Shown here: piece after piece, positions 61,460 to 64,000 of the stretch | How the letters are laid out: each line of letters begins with the position of its first letter | How positions within the stretch are numbered: the first letter of the stretch is position 1 | Source of the DNA: Dicyema japonicum | Taxonomy: Eukaryota; Animalia; Dicyemida | Assembly: GCA_011109175.1 (NCBI GenBank) | Contig: RDEW01000010.1 | Location: 958,796 to 1,022,795 of the forward strand | DNA length: 64,000 nt | Direction of reading: 5' to 3' | Program-made: the position numbers and the translations under genes | Notes under the pieces: generated by a model | The model's database searches: none | The model's input: the letters and a program-made list of their open reading frames with translations, nothing else | Told to the model about the DNA's origin: nothing

Positions 61460-61800
61460 CTATTTAACGTCTTGTTGGGATTCAACATGGAAGAACACTT
61501 TCTCTAATGGGAATTTGTTCAAGTCACCGTTGCTCGCGGGTTCCGCAGCAAAATTGAAAAGGAAGAAGTAACATGTCATCGTGGACCGGTTCGTTTTCCA
61601 GCTGATCTCCACTGAGACGTCTGGCGTTAATGGCTCGAGCACGTCTGAGTCTATCAAGTTAATCAGATGGCATGCTGGGAAGGGTGAATGACGCAAAGGC
61701 TTTTCCAAAACAGTGGGCTCGCGATTATAAGAGGTAACTCCCATTGTGTGCTCAATGCCTTTAGGCCATATTGGACAACTTTACTTAAAATTATGCGTAA
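61460..61800 (+). mobile_element. Degenerate CRE 3' end
   Basis: CWDST..TFS, ISTETSG and LAIIRGNSH. Confidence 0.7.
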
Positions 61801-62029
61801 TAAATTGATTTAATGACATGTCTTCTTGGTCTACATTTCTGGAACCTTATTTCTTCTTTCAACATTCGAATTCTGTAAGAAAAAAAACTAGCGCCTGAAA
61901 TTACTATGAGAATGAAAAGTTCGCTTATCTAGGAGATCACATTGTTGACTCTTCTACTGGTGTGCAGCAAGTTGACCCCCTTGGACCTCTTTCCCTTAAT
62001 ATTGACCGCTAAATATATGGTTCTGATTA

Positions 62030-62860
62030 TTTTAGGCACGTTTTCTTAGATTCGTACTCCATGTGATACCACAGTAGTTGACGATTGTTTTTGTGGTATT
62101 GATTATGTAGAGAATCTGATGTTGAAGAAGAGCTTTTGTATTGTTGAATGAAACCTTCATGAAGTTGAGTTTTTTATGGTAAAAGAGTAAAAATTGTTCT
62201 CGTGTTGTTCCAGTCATAAGTAAGTCGGACAACTCACAATACTTCAACGGGATTTCTTTCGACGTGAATAGAGTTGTGCGTGATTTTTCATAGCTTGTGG
62301 TCAGAAAGGTTCTAAGTACGTGCTTAAACGATCTAACAGATCTTACAAATGTGATCTAACAGATCTTGTGTCTATGAGCATTGATCCCTGAATGCGAGGA
62401 TTATTTCGTCTTTGTAAGAGAGAATCAAGTATTGAGAATGCTAGGTGACAGTAGTAATGACGAAGGTAGTGACTGACACCGAAGATTTTGACGCGACCAT
62501 TCCTCTCTGTCAGCTTAGGTAGCTCAGAATAAGCTTTTAAATTTTTTACGAGGAACATAAGACATCAATCTGTAAGAGAAAACAGAATTCTGTGATCTCA
62601 CATGCTTCATGATCGGGAGATCGGAAAACTTACAGTTTGCATAGTGTTCCGATTAATTGACATGTTGAATATCCATGTTAAGACCCGATTGCGTAGGGAC
62701 ACATACTGGAATTTGAATATCGTTGGAACGACTGAATAGATGGACTTTAGTTTTAAAATCATCTTTTCAACCTCCTCTACTGCGAGAACTAATTTGGTAA
62801 CGACCTGTTTGGGGTTGATCGAGACAAGGGGAAAACCCTCAACTAGTTGTTGGTAATAAT
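62030..62860 (-). mobile_element. Degenerate Ingi/I-group-like RT fragment
   Basis: Broken RT-region frames (KLNFMK.., IVNYCGITW) paralleling 9284-9586 and 29969-30292. Confidence 0.45.
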
Positions 62861-62969
62861 TTCACACGTGATAATATTATGTAAAGATTTGTGAAATAAA
62901 AATATTTAAAATCATAATATTTAAATTTATTAAAATAAAAAAAATTATTAAATATTAAAGTTTTGTTTA

Positions 62970-63250
62970 TGACTTGCTTGTTTGGTTGCAAGGTCCTCGT
63001 TATTCAATAGTAATGACGTGGGAAAGAATTGCAACAAAGTACCACAAGGGTTATCTGAAACAATTGGGGGTAGATAGGAAGCTCCAGGCCTATCTACAGT
63101 CACTGTATTAAATCGGACCCTAGAAACCCTGACACAGGAGTATAGGAGATAGAGCCCGGAGAAGCCAAATAGAGTTCAATTGGACAAGGCTCTCTCAGAG
63201 TTGTTTCAACAACCAGAATTGAACTCGCCTGGGAAGTGCTGTCGTCAGAC
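62970..63250 (+). mobile_element. R4-clade-like retrotransposon C-terminus
   Basis: IVMTWERIATKYHKGYLKQLGVDRKLQAYLQS..LNRTLETL. Confidence 0.6.
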
Positions 63251-64000
63251 AGTCGAGGAAGGTTGTTGGTGATTAAATATTAAATTTTTATTGTTGGTTA
63301 AATAAAGTGGGTATTAAAATTTTGTTGAAAAAAGTCAAGTTCTCATCAATTTAAGAAAAATTTGGTACCAATCTCAATCTCTACTAAAGAACCACAATTA
63401 CACCCTGTCAACCTATAGGTGCCACTAACAATATGAGTAACACACACCAATAATCAACATCATAGTCCGACTTTCCGTAAACTCCACTTCGATTACCCTT
63501 ATAAACTCCCTCTTTTTATAATCTATAAGAAAAATAATACAGTCAGATTCCTCGTGTCTATTGAAAATGAGTCACTCTGAGGAATATCAATGCCGGTCAT
63601 GAATGTTTCCTAATAACTTTTACCCACCTTCATCATGAGACATCTGCCAACAATAAATTGTATAATCCATGACTCACCGTTATAGTTATTGCAGACACGT
63701 TGCAGAACTACGGACTTCAGATTCTTGAGTATCTTGTTTTTTTAATTGGTTTTAGGCGAATCTAACTTGAGTACCACTTAGCCATAAACATTTTTCATTT
63801 AAATTGAACACGTGTTGTAAAATACAACTAAAGGTAAGGTTTAATCTGTTCAGATGAGTTTTTCAGAGATTTTTCGATGCACAAAAGATGGATATTTTTT
63901 TGAATAAGGTCGATGAGTTCTTTTGCCGCCCGGGTTTCAATATCGGTCGCAAGTTCAATAACTTCATATTGACGGGATAGAGTCAACCTCGATTGAAAAG

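Overview
AT-rich eukaryotic DNA, most likely from a genome-reduced animal. The Greatwall/MASTL-specific RTPGQ..SL.SSL motif and a TMC-like gene point to Metazoa. Dense 21-28 nt spliceosomal introns fit dicyemids or myxozoans, but the taxon cannot be fixed from this window. The window is a patchwork of roughly 0.2-3 kb pieces, usually separated by very AT-rich islands. It contains: (i) about a dozen CRE-clade (RT + restriction-like endonuclease) non-LTR retrotransposon copies, including one full-length 3.0-kb copy (35840-38877) with a 13-bp TSD and an N-terminal PHD-like finger; (ii) RTE-like, Ingi/I-group-like and R4-like LINE remnants and tRNA-headed SINE-like repeats; (iii) hAT DNA transposons of Buster-, SPIN/GTF2IRD2- and BED/DUF659-type, Ginger/KRBA2-like integrase pieces and possible Merlin pieces; (iv) a 3.7/4.2-kb direct segmental duplication; (v) host genes with ultra-short introns (miniature Greatwall kinase, miniature E2F, TMC-like, PH-domain and others), all showing stops or frameshifts that may be real decay, consensus error, or both. 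No rRNA, intact tRNA gene or CRISPR array was seen. All alignments and translations were done by eye, so the boundaries of degenerate fragments are approximate.
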